DNA of 64,000 nt from Promethearchaeia archaeon (GCA_029856145.1 JAHQWK010000026.1:27628-91627), one strand, 5' to 3'. Positions 31,531 through 40,966 are shown, numbered from the stretch's first letter. Notes: generated by a model from the letters alone, not told the origin. Made by a program: numbers and translations.

Positions 31531-32259
31531 TTATATTTTCCCAACTGGTGCCAGATAAAGAGTGATTTCGTTCTCTCCATCGACACCAATAAATTTATCA
31601 AGTTCATCTTGCTTATATGCAACAATGGCACATGTACCAGTACTTATTGCCTCACACGCAAGATAAAGGTTTTGGCAAATATGACCAACTCCCATTAAAA
31701 TATCTTTAAGAGAATCTTCTCCATATCGCCACTCCAATCTATATGGTCTAGCAGTCCAGATAAAAACAACAGATGCTTTTCCAATAAAGGCTTGCCCATG
31801 GCACACTTCGACTAATTTCTCAGATAGACCAGTTTTATTAGTGTCTAAAACCAATAATTTATGTTCTACTGCTAAATATCGATATAATCCAGGCGCTAAC
31901 CCTTCAATATTATTTACTACTAAATATGTTTCATATGGATGCATTGCTCCACCAGAAGGAACTGTTCGTTTAGTTACCAACCCACCACGAGCAAGTTCCT
32001 TTACTCCTTGTGTAGCCCATAGCAAAAAAGATAATTCCTCTATAGTTAATTCAGCTTCAAGATACTTTCGACGACTTTCTCGATTATTTATTGCCTGCAT
32101 TAAGGAAATATCATCTAATTTAATAGAATCATGTGATATTAAGTCAATTAATCTAGCATCTTCAGGATACGGCTTTTGGATTGGAGGGATAGGAAAACCC
32201 TTCATTTGATCTGTTTCATCTTCCAAAACCGGATTTTTAAGATATTTTCGATATTCCAT
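31531..32259 (-). CDS. SagB/ThcOx family FMN-dependent dehydrogenase (nitroreductase fold)
   Basis: RESRRKY, ELSFLLWATQG, RTVPSGGAMHPYETY, GLYRY, WRYG, GHICQNLYLA; GGAGG SD. Confidence 0.9.
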   Translation of the reverse strand: MEYRKYLKNPVLEDETDQMKGFPIPPIQKPYPEDARLIDLISHDSIKLDDISLMQAINNRESRRKYLEAELTIEELSFLLWATQGVKELARGGLVTKRTVPSGGAMHPYETYLVVNNIEGLAPGLYRYLAVEHKLLVLDTNKTGLSEKLVEVCHGQAFIGKASVVFIWTARPYRLEWRYGEDSLKDILMGVGHICQNLYLACEAISTGTCAIVAYKQDELDKFIGVDGENEITLYLAPVGKI

Positions 32260-32280
32260 GTTATAATTCCTCCTAGTTAA

Positions 32281-32376
32281 TTAATAATATCGTTTAGCAC
32301 GAATTTGAGCATCCAACTTAGCTTTTAGATCCTTATAATACTCATATCCAATTTCTTTTCTTTCTATTCTTTTCAT
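32281..32376 (-). CDS. Tyr-rich micro-peptide A (31 aa), candidate precursor peptide
   Basis: MKRIERKEIGYEYYKDLKAKLDAQIRAKRYY*; GAGGT SD upstream; paralog of 32469-32552. Confidence 0.75.
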   Translation of the reverse strand: MKRIERKEIGYEYYKDLKAKLDAQIRAKRYY

Positions 32377-32439
32377 TTTTTTAACCTCTAATTCATATTT
32401 ATTTCTTTTCTTTATGATGTTTTAATAATTTTGATGATC

Positions 32440-32468
32440 ATGATAAAAAAAAATAAAAAAAATTGTAT
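32440..32468 (-). terminator. Possible oligo-U terminator/attenuator after peptide B
   Basis: Two long T runs on the minus strand immediately after the stop codon. Confidence 0.4.
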
Positions 32469-32552
32469 TTAATAATACATTTTATCAACAAACGCTCTTT
32501 TAGCGTCAAACTGGGCTTTAACATTTTTGTAATATTCATAACTATTTTCCAT
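32469..32552 (-). CDS. Tyr-rich micro-peptide B (27 aa; 32 aa if started at 32567), candidate precursor peptide
   Basis: MENSYEYYKNVKAQFDAKRAFVDKMYY*; GGTGA SD at 32561-32565. Confidence 0.75.
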   Translation of the reverse strand: MENSYEYYKNVKAQFDAKRAFVDKMYY

Positions 32553-32595
32553 TTTTTTTTTCACCATTTTTTTATTTTTTTTTTAATTTTTTTTT

Positions 32596-32770
32596 GAGTG
32601 TGTATAATTTTTTATTCTCTGATCATGAAGTGTGTATTATCATATTTAAATGTTGTGTATTGAAGTGTGTATTTTTGATCGTAAAAAGTATGAATATTAA
32701 GGGGAAGAGACGTTCTATTCATGCTTTAGTGAATTGCATGGGGGGGTGTACTAAAAAATTCAATACACAA
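32596..32770 (-). promoter_or_regulatory. Promoter of the peptide/SagB cluster with repeated TGTGTAT boxes
   Basis: Minus-strand TATA TTTAAATA at 32643-32650; TGTGTAT at 32599, 32631, 32654, 32666; inverted ATACACA at 32763. Confidence 0.6.
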
Positions 32771-32809
32771 AAAAAATTTAAAAAAAAAATAAAAAGATTA
32801 AATAGAATT

Positions 32810-33142
32810 TTATCCAGCAGTACTAGCAGGGATTAATAGAATATCGTCACCATTATTTACGTCATAGTCTTTTAATGAGCTATTTTCATCCATTGTAACG
32901 CCACCAGATGATAAATGAAAATCATTAGGATCAAGTCCATATAAATTTCCTAATGTATGTTTAATATCATTCACATTATTACTGTCATTCACAGTTAATT
33001 TTTCTTTCTTTTCACCAGGACCAATTGTTGACATGAAGTATAAAGTTAATTTCTTTCCTGCTGAAGGGGTTTTAGACGCGGGAGTTTTAGATTTTACTGG
33101 TTCTTCTCCACCCAAATTTTCATCAAATTCATCAAAACTCAT
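32810..33142 (-). CDS. Ubiquitin-like (beta-grasp) protein with disordered N-terminal extension, ending in AG
   Basis: LTV.....VNDIK..LG...GLDP.DFHLSSGG..MDE.SSLKDYDV.NGD.ILLI...TAG. Confidence 0.8.
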   Translation of the reverse strand: MSFDEFDENLGGEEPVKSKTPASKTPSAGKKLTLYFMSTIGPGEKKEKLTVNDSNNVNDIKHTLGNLYGLDPNDFHLSSGGVTMDENSSLKDYDVNNGDDILLIPASTAG

Positions 33143-33458
33143 TCATATCACTTCCAAATTTTTTATTAATTTTGTTTTTTTTATTTTAAATTTACTTATA
33201 CTTAATAAAATGGCATTAAAAATTTATTATAAAACCCTTTGGAATGATTTTGAAGTTTTTTAAGATTAGTAAAGGAGATCGCATTATACTTGATAGTTAA
33301 ATAAAAAAAGAGGGAAATTAAAATTGGATTTCAGTCTAAAGTGCTGATGATCAATCCGAAAAGTTGTTTCCGGAAATGATCTTCAAATTTTCTGATTTTC
33401 ATTCATAAATGGACAATAACATCATATCTTATAATTATTTTTCTAATTCCTTTTCCTC

Positions 33459-33632
33459 TCATTTTTTTAAACCCCTAGTTAATAAATTATCAACACACTC
33501 AATATGTGTTTTCAGATCTTCCATGAAAAATATAGACTTCAAAACCTTTTTGTTTGTTGATTCCTGAAGCCTGTTTATATGACCAGAAATCATTCTAACT
33601 TCTTCTAAAAATATATAATATTCTACTGACAT
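33459..33632 (-). CDS. Small hypothetical protein (57 aa)
   Basis: ATG 2 nt after the stop of 33635-33916; MSVEYYIFLEEVRMISGH...RGLKK*. Confidence 0.35.
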   Translation of the reverse strand: MSVEYYIFLEEVRMISGHINRLQESTNKKVLKSIFFMEDLKTHIECVDNLLTRGLKK

Positions 33633-33634
33633 TT

Positions 33635-33916
33635 CTAATCACTTAATTTGCTTATTAGGTAATTTATTTTGATTAAATGTTGATGTATTTCAAATAGGTC
33701 CCCATCAGCAAATTCATTCTTCAAAATTGCTTGGTAGAGAAGATCTCTTTCGGAAAAGGGGATTTTTTCTGTTCCTGCATATAAGTCTGGACTCCTTTTT
33801 GATTCTCCAAATTCAGAAAATGAAACTATGATATCAGCAAAATTGATTGGCTCTATCCTCAGAATTTCCTGATTAATGACTATCTTATATTTTTTACCTA
33901 TAGATTTAAAGCTCAT
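33635..33916 (-). CDS. Hypothetical protein
   Basis: 93-aa ORF with ATG start. Confidence 0.5.
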   Translation of the reverse strand: MSFKSIGKKYKIVINQEILRIEPINFADIIVSFSEFGESKRSPDLYAGTEKIPFSERDLLYQAILKNEFADGDLFEIHQHLIKINYLISKLSD

Positions 33917-34147
33917 AATTTTAATATAGACAAGCTTCGATATATAGTTTTTATTGCGGAACTTTCTGCGAAGTTCGAACTAAAGAAAAAGAATTAAAAA
34001 CAAACCTAACTTTTTTTAATAAATTTTAGGTGTTTAACTGATTAAAATTAGTAATTTCTATTATTGTATCAATCATAGGAAAAACTACATGACTCTAACG
34101 CTTTTAAATTAAAAAGATAAATTTGTATCTACTAATCGATATAAAAA

Positions 34148-34396
34148 TTGAATATTAGAATGACCAGAGAAGTTCCACAGAATAAAATATGTGTGGATTG
34201 CGGAAAATTAATATCTTATTCAGAGTTTTTAAGGGATAATCCTTCTATTTCAGAATTAAGAGCTAAGGATTTATGGAATGATTCTATGATTACTATTTTT
34301 TGCCCCGATTGTTATTTCAATCGGCCTGAAAGGCCATTTAAAGTAAAACGGGGTTATTTTAATTATTATGGTAAGTCTCGATCATACCATAAATAG
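34148..34396 (+). CDS. Small Zn-binding protein
   Basis: CVDCG ... FCPDCY. Confidence 0.7.
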   Translation: MNIRMTREVPQNKICVDCGKLISYSEFLRDNPSISELRAKDLWNDSMITIFCPDCYFNRPERPFKVKRGYFNYYGKSRSYHK

Positions 34397-34515
34397 AAGG
34401 AACTCAATTAATAATATCTTTTCGTCTGACATATTAATTTGACATATTACGTATATTCCAACTTCCACTTTTTGTTGTATCTATCTTTATTAATGCAAAG
34501 TTTCATTGAGAAATC

Positions 34516-34752
34516 ATGTATCAAAGGTGTATAAGTGAAAAAATGGATTATTCAGAAACATTTTTAGAAATGCTTCAATTTCTCCAACTTACTTATAAAA
34601 AATTCCCTAAATTCATGATAGAAATCATGGCTGAGAATTATGGCATTCCCCTTAATGAGATTAAACCATTAATGATAAAATTCAGAAAACAAGGAATTTT
34701 ACTAATATTAAAAGAAGAAGGTTATACTTTTACATTAAATAATAATTTCTAG
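34516..34752 (+). CDS. Small winged-helix-like protein
   Basis: IMAENYGIPLNEIKPLMIKFRKQGIL...EGYTFTL. Confidence 0.55.
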   Translation: MYQRCISEKMDYSETFLEMLQFLQLTYKKFPKFMIEIMAENYGIPLNEIKPLMIKFRKQGILLILKEEGYTFTLNNNF

Positions 34753-34903
34753 TTTTAAATAGAAACTTTCCCTACTTATACGACTTTTTTGATGACTTCA
34801 AATAACATAGATGAATTTTAAATAGTTAATTCTCATATTAATATTCAAACTCATAATTAAATCAAGAAATCAAAAACAACAATAATTTCTTAGAGAATAG
34901 AAA

Positions 34904-35113
34904 TTGCGAAAAAAAACTGATCTTAATTTAATCATTGGAATTGTAATATTTTCAATTGGATTGGTTTCGGCTGCGTACAGCATTATAACATTAATTATAA
35001 GCTTATTGGTTTGGTACACGGGAATTATTGTATACGTGAAAGATCTACTATTTGAATTGGTGTTTATACTTCTTGGATTCCTTATAATTAGAAATCGCAA
35101 GATTAAGCAATAA
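34904..35113 (+). CDS. Small 2-TM membrane protein
   Basis: Two hydrophobic segments with basic termini. Confidence 0.45.
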   Translation: MRKKTDLNLIIGIVIFSIGLVSAAYSIITLIISLLVWYTGIIVYVKDLLFELVFILLGFLIIRNRKIKQ

Positions 35114-35227
35114 CAAAGTAAAAATCGTGTAATAAAAAGAAAATTGAAATCCACTTAATTTTTTAATACTTCTTTTTTTTTATTTTCCTAGATTCTTGAC
35201 ACTGGATTTATAATTCTAAACTATTAT

Positions 35228-38122
35228 ATGATTATTAATAAACGCAAAATAAAATCGATGAAAAATTCTCATATAGGAAATCTATTAAGTCAATATGGAG
35301 AAAATGTTAAGGGGATCTTAGCTGTTTTAGTTTATAAGAGGAGAGAATCGGCTCTTATAGAAGAAATTATAAATCCTCATATTGATGAGCCCCAAGTTCA
35401 TGTAAATTATAGTTTTATTAATGAATTAATTAAGAATCTTAAAAATGAATTTGGAGATGATAAAGACTTCCTGATAATTAGAGAACTATCCAGAAAAAAA
35501 GTGGTTTCATGTTCACTAGGGTTCAATTACATTCTAATAACAATAGCATCGAAAAAAACTTCTGATATCGAATTAAAAATATATTCCACTCACATTGCTG
35601 ATGAAATTGAGCGGTTAGAGGAAGAGACAGAACTAGAAAGTCTTAGTTTGAAGATCCCTGGTATTATAAAAGTATTTTCAAAAATAAAAAACGCTAAAAT
35701 TTCTACAAATAAACTCTCTTTAAAGGTTATAGTTCTTGGAGATTACCAAGTGGGTAAGACATCATTAATTAATGCATTCACTGATAAAAAATTTAAAGTC
35801 AGTTGGAATCCTACTGTCGGTTTTAATGTATACAAAAAGATTTTAAATATTGATGATACTGTTGTAATGAATTTAGCAATATGGGATACTGGAGGTTTTT
35901 CAAGCCAAATTTCTCCAACAAAAGAAAAGATTTTCAATTTCGCTGATGCTGCAATTATTGTTGTAGATAAAACACATCAAAATATTTTAAAAAGTATATT
36001 AAAATGGTATAATGAAATTAAAAACTCTTTAAATCAAGAAATACCAATTTTTTTAGCAATAACTAAGAATGATCTTAATGTAGAAGAGGGTCATTTAGAT
36101 TTAAAAAAAATTGAAGATTTTACAACAAATTATCAAATTGAGTATTTTTTAGTTTCAGCTAAAAATAGAGAGAATATGGATGAATTATTTTTTGAAATAA
36201 TTTATAAGATTATCAGTTTAAGAACAGAACAAAATTCTTATGGAGTATTTGAAGAAATTGATAAATATAAAGGTAATTATTTAACCCCCATAGAGATCAA
36301 TGCTTTGAAAGATTTAGAACACCTAATAATAGAAAGCTTAAATATTCAGGGTGGATACTTACAACAAATAGGAAGAAAAGTGGAAGAAAATGGAATCCCT
36401 GTAATTTATGAAATTGATCAAGCTTCATTTGGTGTTAAAATAGAAGATGGTAATGTTATTGGGTTAGGTTTATTCAATTGTTATTTAAAAACGCTACCTG
36501 AATCAATTTTTTCATTCAAATTCCTTAAAAAATTAAATTTGCGTTGTAATCAACTAATACAATTACCTGAGGTGATTCTGAGATTAGAATCTCTTGAATG
36601 GCTAGATCTTGCTTTAACAGATTTAAAAACTCTTTCGGAATCTATTGGAAATCTAAAGAAATTACGATTTTTGTATCTTGAAAATAATTCTTTAATAACT
36701 TTACCGAGTTCGATTGGAAATCTTGAATTTCTTCAAAATTTACATCTAGAAAACAATCCGATAAAATCTCTTCCAAATGAAATGAGTAATTTGCGATCCT
36801 TAGAGAAATTATGGTTAGAAGCACCAACTTATTTTTATAAAGGAGCATTAGAAGAATTACCTGAAGAATTTGGAGATCTTCCTTTCCTTCAAGTATTAGA
36901 TTTAAGTTCATGTGAAATAAAATATCTTCCCAATTCTTTTGGGAATCTTAAATCACTCAGGATTTTAGATCTATCAAATAATAAATTAGAATCCCTTCCA
37001 GATACATTTGGGAATTTAAAGATGTTAGAAATTTTAAACATAGGAAATAATAGGTTAAAGTTTCTCCCAGATTCGATAGGAGACCTTCCAAACTTAAAAC
37101 AAATATACGTATCCAAAAATCCATTACGAAAAAAAGCTTCTGAAAAATTTAAAGCCTTAGCATTGAAATCAAAAGGCTTGAAATATAAGAGATTGATAAA
37201 ACTTTCAAATATTTGCAAACAAGAAGAAGGAGTACAAAAAATTGAGAAAAATGGAATAAGCAAAAGAAAAACCGGAAATATCTTAAAACCATTGACTTAT
37301 GCTAGTACTGTGGCATTTTTAGGATTATTAACCTTTTTTTCATTTAAAATTAATTCTCAGACGCTTGATATTACGATATGGTCGCTGTTTGCTTTGGCAT
37401 TTTTTATAAATTTCTTGATTGGTACCTGTATTATTGCTAGTATATCAAGCTATTTTAAAGTTTCATCAATAGTTTTTACTCAAAAAATTATTAAAATCTT
37501 TGATATACTTGTAATTCTCTATTTTATTTGGGCTATACGTGCAATGATTAGAATATTTTTATCAATTGAGTTAATTCCCTCAGTAAATTTCTTATTTGAA
37601 TTCTCTGTTCCACAATGGATGCTAGACTTCTTAGTTAATCTAGGTTATAACGAAAGTTTGACGTTCTTAGAAAACATGGATATCTTTTTTGGACATTTCT
37701 ATTTAAAGATTTTCAGTATTGCGCTTGTTTTTTGGGCATTATATCGAAATGGATTTGGTCATATAAGAAAAACTATATTTGATGAAAAAGCAAATAAAAA
37801 TCTATGGATATTTCTAATTATTGGATTATTTGGAGCTTTATCTCTGGCAATTATGAATTATAGCAATTTAGCACCATTTTTAGGTATTGGATATAATATT
37901 GGAGTCATTATTGGTTCATCTCTTTTTGTTTGGGAGATCAATAAAGTTAAAAAAATGTTTTTTTATTATTATCTTTTGTTAATATTAGGTGGAATTGTTT
38001 TAATTTGGATTATTTCTTATTGGAACATTCTCTATTCATTGATAATAAGTGTTATTTTGATTTTCTTATTTTTTATACTTAGAACATTGCAACATAAAAA
38101 AATTAAATATTATCTGTACTGA
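35228..38122 (+). CDS. Rab/Ras-like small GTPase - LRR - polytopic membrane fusion protein
   Basis: G1 GDYQVGKT, G2 PTVG, G3 WDTGG, G4 TKND, G5 SAK; about 9 LRRs (LxxLxLxxNxLxxLPxxIG); about 8 C-terminal TM helices. Confidence 0.9.
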   Translation: MIINKRKIKSMKNSHIGNLLSQYGENVKGILAVLVYKRRESALIEEIINPHIDEPQVHVNYSFINELIKNLKNEFGDDKDFLIIRELSRKKVVSCSLGFNYILITIASKKTSDIELKIYSTHIADEIERLEEETELESLSLKIPGIIKVFSKIKNAKISTNKLSLKVIVLGDYQVGKTSLINAFTDKKFKVSWNPTVGFNVYKKILNIDDTVVMNLAIWDTGGFSSQISPTKEKIFNFADAAIIVVDKTHQNILKSILKWYNEIKNSLNQEIPIFLAITKNDLNVEEGHLDLKKIEDFTTNYQIEYFLVSAKNRENMDELFFEIIYKIISLRTEQNSYGVFEEIDKYKGNYLTPIEINALKDLEHLIIESLNIQGGYLQQIGRKVEENGIPVIYEIDQASFGVKIEDGNVIGLGLFNCYLKTLPESIFSFKFLKKLNLRCNQLIQLPEVILRLESLEWLDLALTDLKTLSESIGNLKKLRFLYLENNSLITLPSSIGNLEFLQNLHLENNPIKSLPNEMSNLRSLEKLWLEAPTYFYKGALEELPEEFGDLPFLQVLDLSSCEIKYLPNSFGNLKSLRILDLSNNKLESLPDTFGNLKMLEILNIGNNRLKFLPDSIGDLPNLKQIYVSKNPLRKKASEKFKALALKSKGLKYKRLIKLSNICKQEEGVQKIEKNGISKRKTGNILKPLTYASTVAFLGLLTFFSFKINSQTLDITIWSLFALAFFINFLIGTCIIASISSYFKVSSIVFTQKIIKIFDILVILYFIWAIRAMIRIFLSIELIPSVNFLFEFSVPQWMLDFLVNLGYNESLTFLENMDIFFGHFYLKIFSIALVFWALYRNGFGHIRKTIFDEKANKNLWIFLIIGLFGALSLAIMNYSNLAPFLGIGYNIGVIIGSSLFVWEINKVKKMFFYYYLLLILGGIVLIWIISYWNILYSLIISVILIFLFFILRTLQHKKIKYYLY

Positions 38123-38228
38123 ATTATCGTATTATTGAATAATTTTAGCTTTTTTTGAATAAAACTTTTATATTTCTTTCTATTATTCCATCTCAATAAT
38201 TAAAAATACTAAGTTAATATATGGCATA

Positions 38229-38609
38229 ATGCAAATAAACAAGGATAAAGATGAAAAAGAAGTAATTAAAAAAACTATTCTGGATTATTATCATGAGGGC
38301 CATGTCAAAAGTGATCCAGAGCTATACGAGAAGATTTTGCATGATAAATGGAAATTTTTCTTTTTTGATAAGGAGGGGCAATTTAGAATTGTTAATAAAG
38401 AAGAATATATGTCATGGTATGATCCTAAAAATGTGAATGAAAACTTAACTTGGAATACAGAATTTTATAACATTGATGTAACAGGGAATAATGCTGCAGT
38501 GAAACTAAAAATTGAAAATGAAGAAGTTGGTTATATTGATTACTTTAACCTTATGAAAATCGACGGTAAATGGTGGATCGTCCATAAGCTTTCTCATAGT
38601 ATTAAATAA
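38229..38609 (+). CDS. NTF2-like (Lumazine_bd_2) protein
   Basis: IDVTGNNAAVK...YIDYFNLMKIDGKWWIVHK. Confidence 0.85.
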   Translation: MQINKDKDEKEVIKKTILDYYHEGHVKSDPELYEKILHDKWKFFFFDKEGQFRIVNKEEYMSWYDPKNVNENLTWNTEFYNIDVTGNNAAVKLKIENEEVGYIDYFNLMKIDGKWWIVHKLSHSIK

Positions 38610-38616
38610 TCTTCTT

Positions 38617-39399
38617 TTAATAGTTAAAATTAGCGTCGAATCCAAACAATGAATCTTGAATTTTAGTTTTAATCTCTTTTGATATATTTTTCACGATATC
38701 CTCATGAATATATTCTAAATATTCTAAGAGCACTTCTTTAATTATAGGTTCAATTTCTCTTGTTAATTCATCAATAATTTCATGTTTTTTTAAATAAGTA
38801 TCTTTGAAACTTTGTAAATAGTTCCTATTCAATTGTTTAAGCCATGCTTTCCCTTTAATTTCTAACATGCCCAGAATTTTTCTAGATTTTGCTGCATTAA
38901 AATGCTTAAACTCAAATTCATATTTAGTCAATTTCTCTTCAAAATGTCTAACAATTAGGGTTTTTTCTTTTAAATTCAATTCTGCTTTAGAATTCAAAAA
39001 AAGAATAATCATGAATTTATCAAATAGAAAAAAAATTTGAACTTTAATATTAGAGCCATGGATTTCTAAATTTGATATATTTTGAATATTTGTTTGTCCT
39101 GCAAATGATCTAAGTGAGCTAAAATACATTGAGATTAAGTCAATTTCTAAAAACGTTTTCTCATTTTCTGATAAATAAGATTTTATTGGCCCAAAGTTGT
39201 TTTTATTCTTAGAATCATATTCAATTACCATTAATGTATTTCCATATTGATCCGCGATTAGAACTCCAATTATGGGAGGAATTTTGTTAAAATTACAAGA
39301 GTTATAGGCACTTTCAGTTAAGATTTTTTCACGATTTTCTTTTAGTTTTTCATTTTTGTTATTTTCTTTTAGATAATAATTATTTTGACCTGTTTCCAT
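38617..39399 (-). CDS. Longin/roadblock-like domain protein
   Basis: IIGVLIADQYGNTL...LISMYFSSLRSFA...ISNLEI...FMIILFL. Confidence 0.55.
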   Translation of the reverse strand: METGQNNYYLKENNKNEKLKENREKILTESAYNSCNFNKIPPIIGVLIADQYGNTLMVIEYDSKNKNNFGPIKSYLSENEKTFLEIDLISMYFSSLRSFAGQTNIQNISNLEIHGSNIKVQIFFLFDKFMIILFLNSKAELNLKEKTLIVRHFEEKLTKYEFEFKHFNAAKSRKILGMLEIKGKAWLKQLNRNYLQSFKDTYLKKHEIIDELTREIEPIIKEVLLEYLEYIHEDIVKNISKEIKTKIQDSLFGFDANFNY

Positions 39400-39564
39400 T
39401 AAAGAGTCCTCAATTGATAGTAATCATAAAATTCAAGCATAAACAATTAAAAACACAAATCTCTTTAAAAATGTAAGAGAGATAAATGAATTTTGAAAAA
39501 AGTAAAGACTTAAAATAAAAAAAAAAAAACTCATAACATATTAAAGAGACAAGAATAGGTATGT

Positions 39565-39720
39565 ATGGTAGCAGGTGCTACAGTTATATCTCTCATCTCA
39601 ACAGCTTTACCTTTATTTACTATCCCTTTTTCTTATGTAATTAATAAAGAAACAATTTCAAAAAACGCCTTTATGGGAATAATAATAACTTTAATAGGAG
39701 TTTTAATCATTTTATTTTAA
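39565..39720 (+). pseudogene. C-terminal remnant of an EamA/DMT transporter
   Basis: MVAGATVISLISTALPLFTIPFSYVINKETISKNAFMGIIITLIGVLIILF* matches the EamA C-terminal pattern; the N-terminal part is absent. Confidence 0.6.
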
Positions 39721-39966
39721 TAAATCCACACTTAAGCTGGTAATGTTAAATAGTTTTAAAAACTAAATTTTAAGTTAATTTTTTATTTATTTAAAGAAAA
39801 TATATATATGAATATATATACAAATTTCTTATATAAAAAAAGTATATATAAAAAAGGAAAAGATATGTCTTAATCATAACTTTTAAATATATACTTTTAT
39901 ATACAATAGTAGATATGAGTATATATTAAAATAAAATTAAATAAAAAAGGCGAAAAATACAAAATT

Positions 39967-40071
39967 ATGTCTGTTAAAAGTTTGTATGAAATTCTATTAG
40001 CTATTATTGGAATTTCGAGTTTAGCAGGACTTTGTATTGTTATTATGGTAATTGCTGGTCTATTTGTTTAG
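39967..40071 (+). CDS. Single-TM micro-protein (34 aa)
   Basis: MSVKSLYEILLAIIGISSLAGLCIVIMVIAGLFV*. Confidence 0.4.
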   Translation: MSVKSLYEILLAIIGISSLAGLCIVIMVIAGLFV

Positions 40072-40346
40072 TTTTCTTTAGAGACCAAATAGAGACCAAA
40101 TTTTTTTCTATTGTCTTCTATATCTTCATAAATACACCATTCAGAAACAAGGTCATTTTCGATCCTAGCCTTCCAAATTACATAATCCTTTTCTAAAGAA
40201 TCTTTTGACAATTCCTTATATGAGTCATTTGCTCTATCAATAAAAATATGATCTTCAGTCTTAAGATTGGATAATCCTTTAATATCCTGATTATTAATAT
40301 ATTCATTAAACTGAAGAGCTATTAATTTTGGATCTTTTAATTTCAT
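40068..40346 (-). pseudogene. SnoaL/NTF2-like protein, apparently internally deleted
   Basis: IALQFNEYINNQDIKGLSNL.TEDHIFID start and IWKARIENDLVSEW.IY end, with the central strands missing (92 aa). Confidence 0.5.
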
Positions 40347-40457
40347 TACAATTCTCTGTAGACTTAATAAGATTTATCTTATATAATATGGTAATTTTCT
40401 TATTCTATACAATATAAAATATTCTTAAAATTTATATTACTAATAATAAACTCTGTT

Positions 40458-40835
40458 TTGAATAAAATGATTTTCCATACATTTGAAGAAGTTATGTGGT
40501 TTTTAGTCTTTTACCTCATAGTTCTGTTAGTAATGGCAATTTTCTTGAAACTTGCTTTGGGTTTCTTTAGTAAAGCGAGGAATACTAATTTTGGCAATGT
40601 TTTTTTAACGGCATTCTTAATTACTGTAACTTTTGCTTTAGTTTTTTTGTTTTTAGGAGGTTTGGTCGCTTGGTTGGTTGCTTTCATCATAGCATGGTTA
40701 CTTATTTGTGTCAGCCATAATGTAGGATTTTTAAGTGCAATTGTTATAACTGTTATAGCTTTTCTATTATATGTTCTTGTTGTTATCTTACTTAGTGCCT
40801 TATTGCATGTAACAATTAATATATGGCTATTCTAA
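40458..40835 (+). CDS. 4-TM membrane protein
   Basis: Four hydrophobic segments. Confidence 0.7.
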   Translation: MNKMIFHTFEEVMWFLVFYLIVLLVMAIFLKLALGFFSKARNTNFGNVFLTAFLITVTFALVFLFLGGLVAWLVAFIIAWLLICVSHNVGFLSAIVITVIAFLLYVLVVILLSALLHVTINIWLF

Positions 40836-40966
40836 ATCTCTTCTTTTCTTTTTTTATCTTATGAGTGAAGCCTTTGATGAAAAAATCAATTTTGGAAGAT
40901 CCGACATAAAAATTATATGAATCTTTTTTATCGACAAAAATATATAATAATCCCTTAATAGTGTGA

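Noticed and set aside
31531-32567. Classical thiazole/oxazole (TOMM/LAP) cluster
   Set aside because: No YcaO/E1-like gene in the window, and the peptides lack Cys/Thr and have at most one Ser
32594-32836. 80-aa + strand track ORF
   Set aside because: Low-complexity translation of the promoter/operator region; overlaps the Ubl gene end
33330-33632. TGA read-through/recoding of the short ORF starting at 33632
   Set aside because: An in-frame TAA follows seven codons after the TGA; no SECIS-like element seen
35228-38122. Roco protein
   Set aside because: LRRs follow the GTPase and no COR domain is visible
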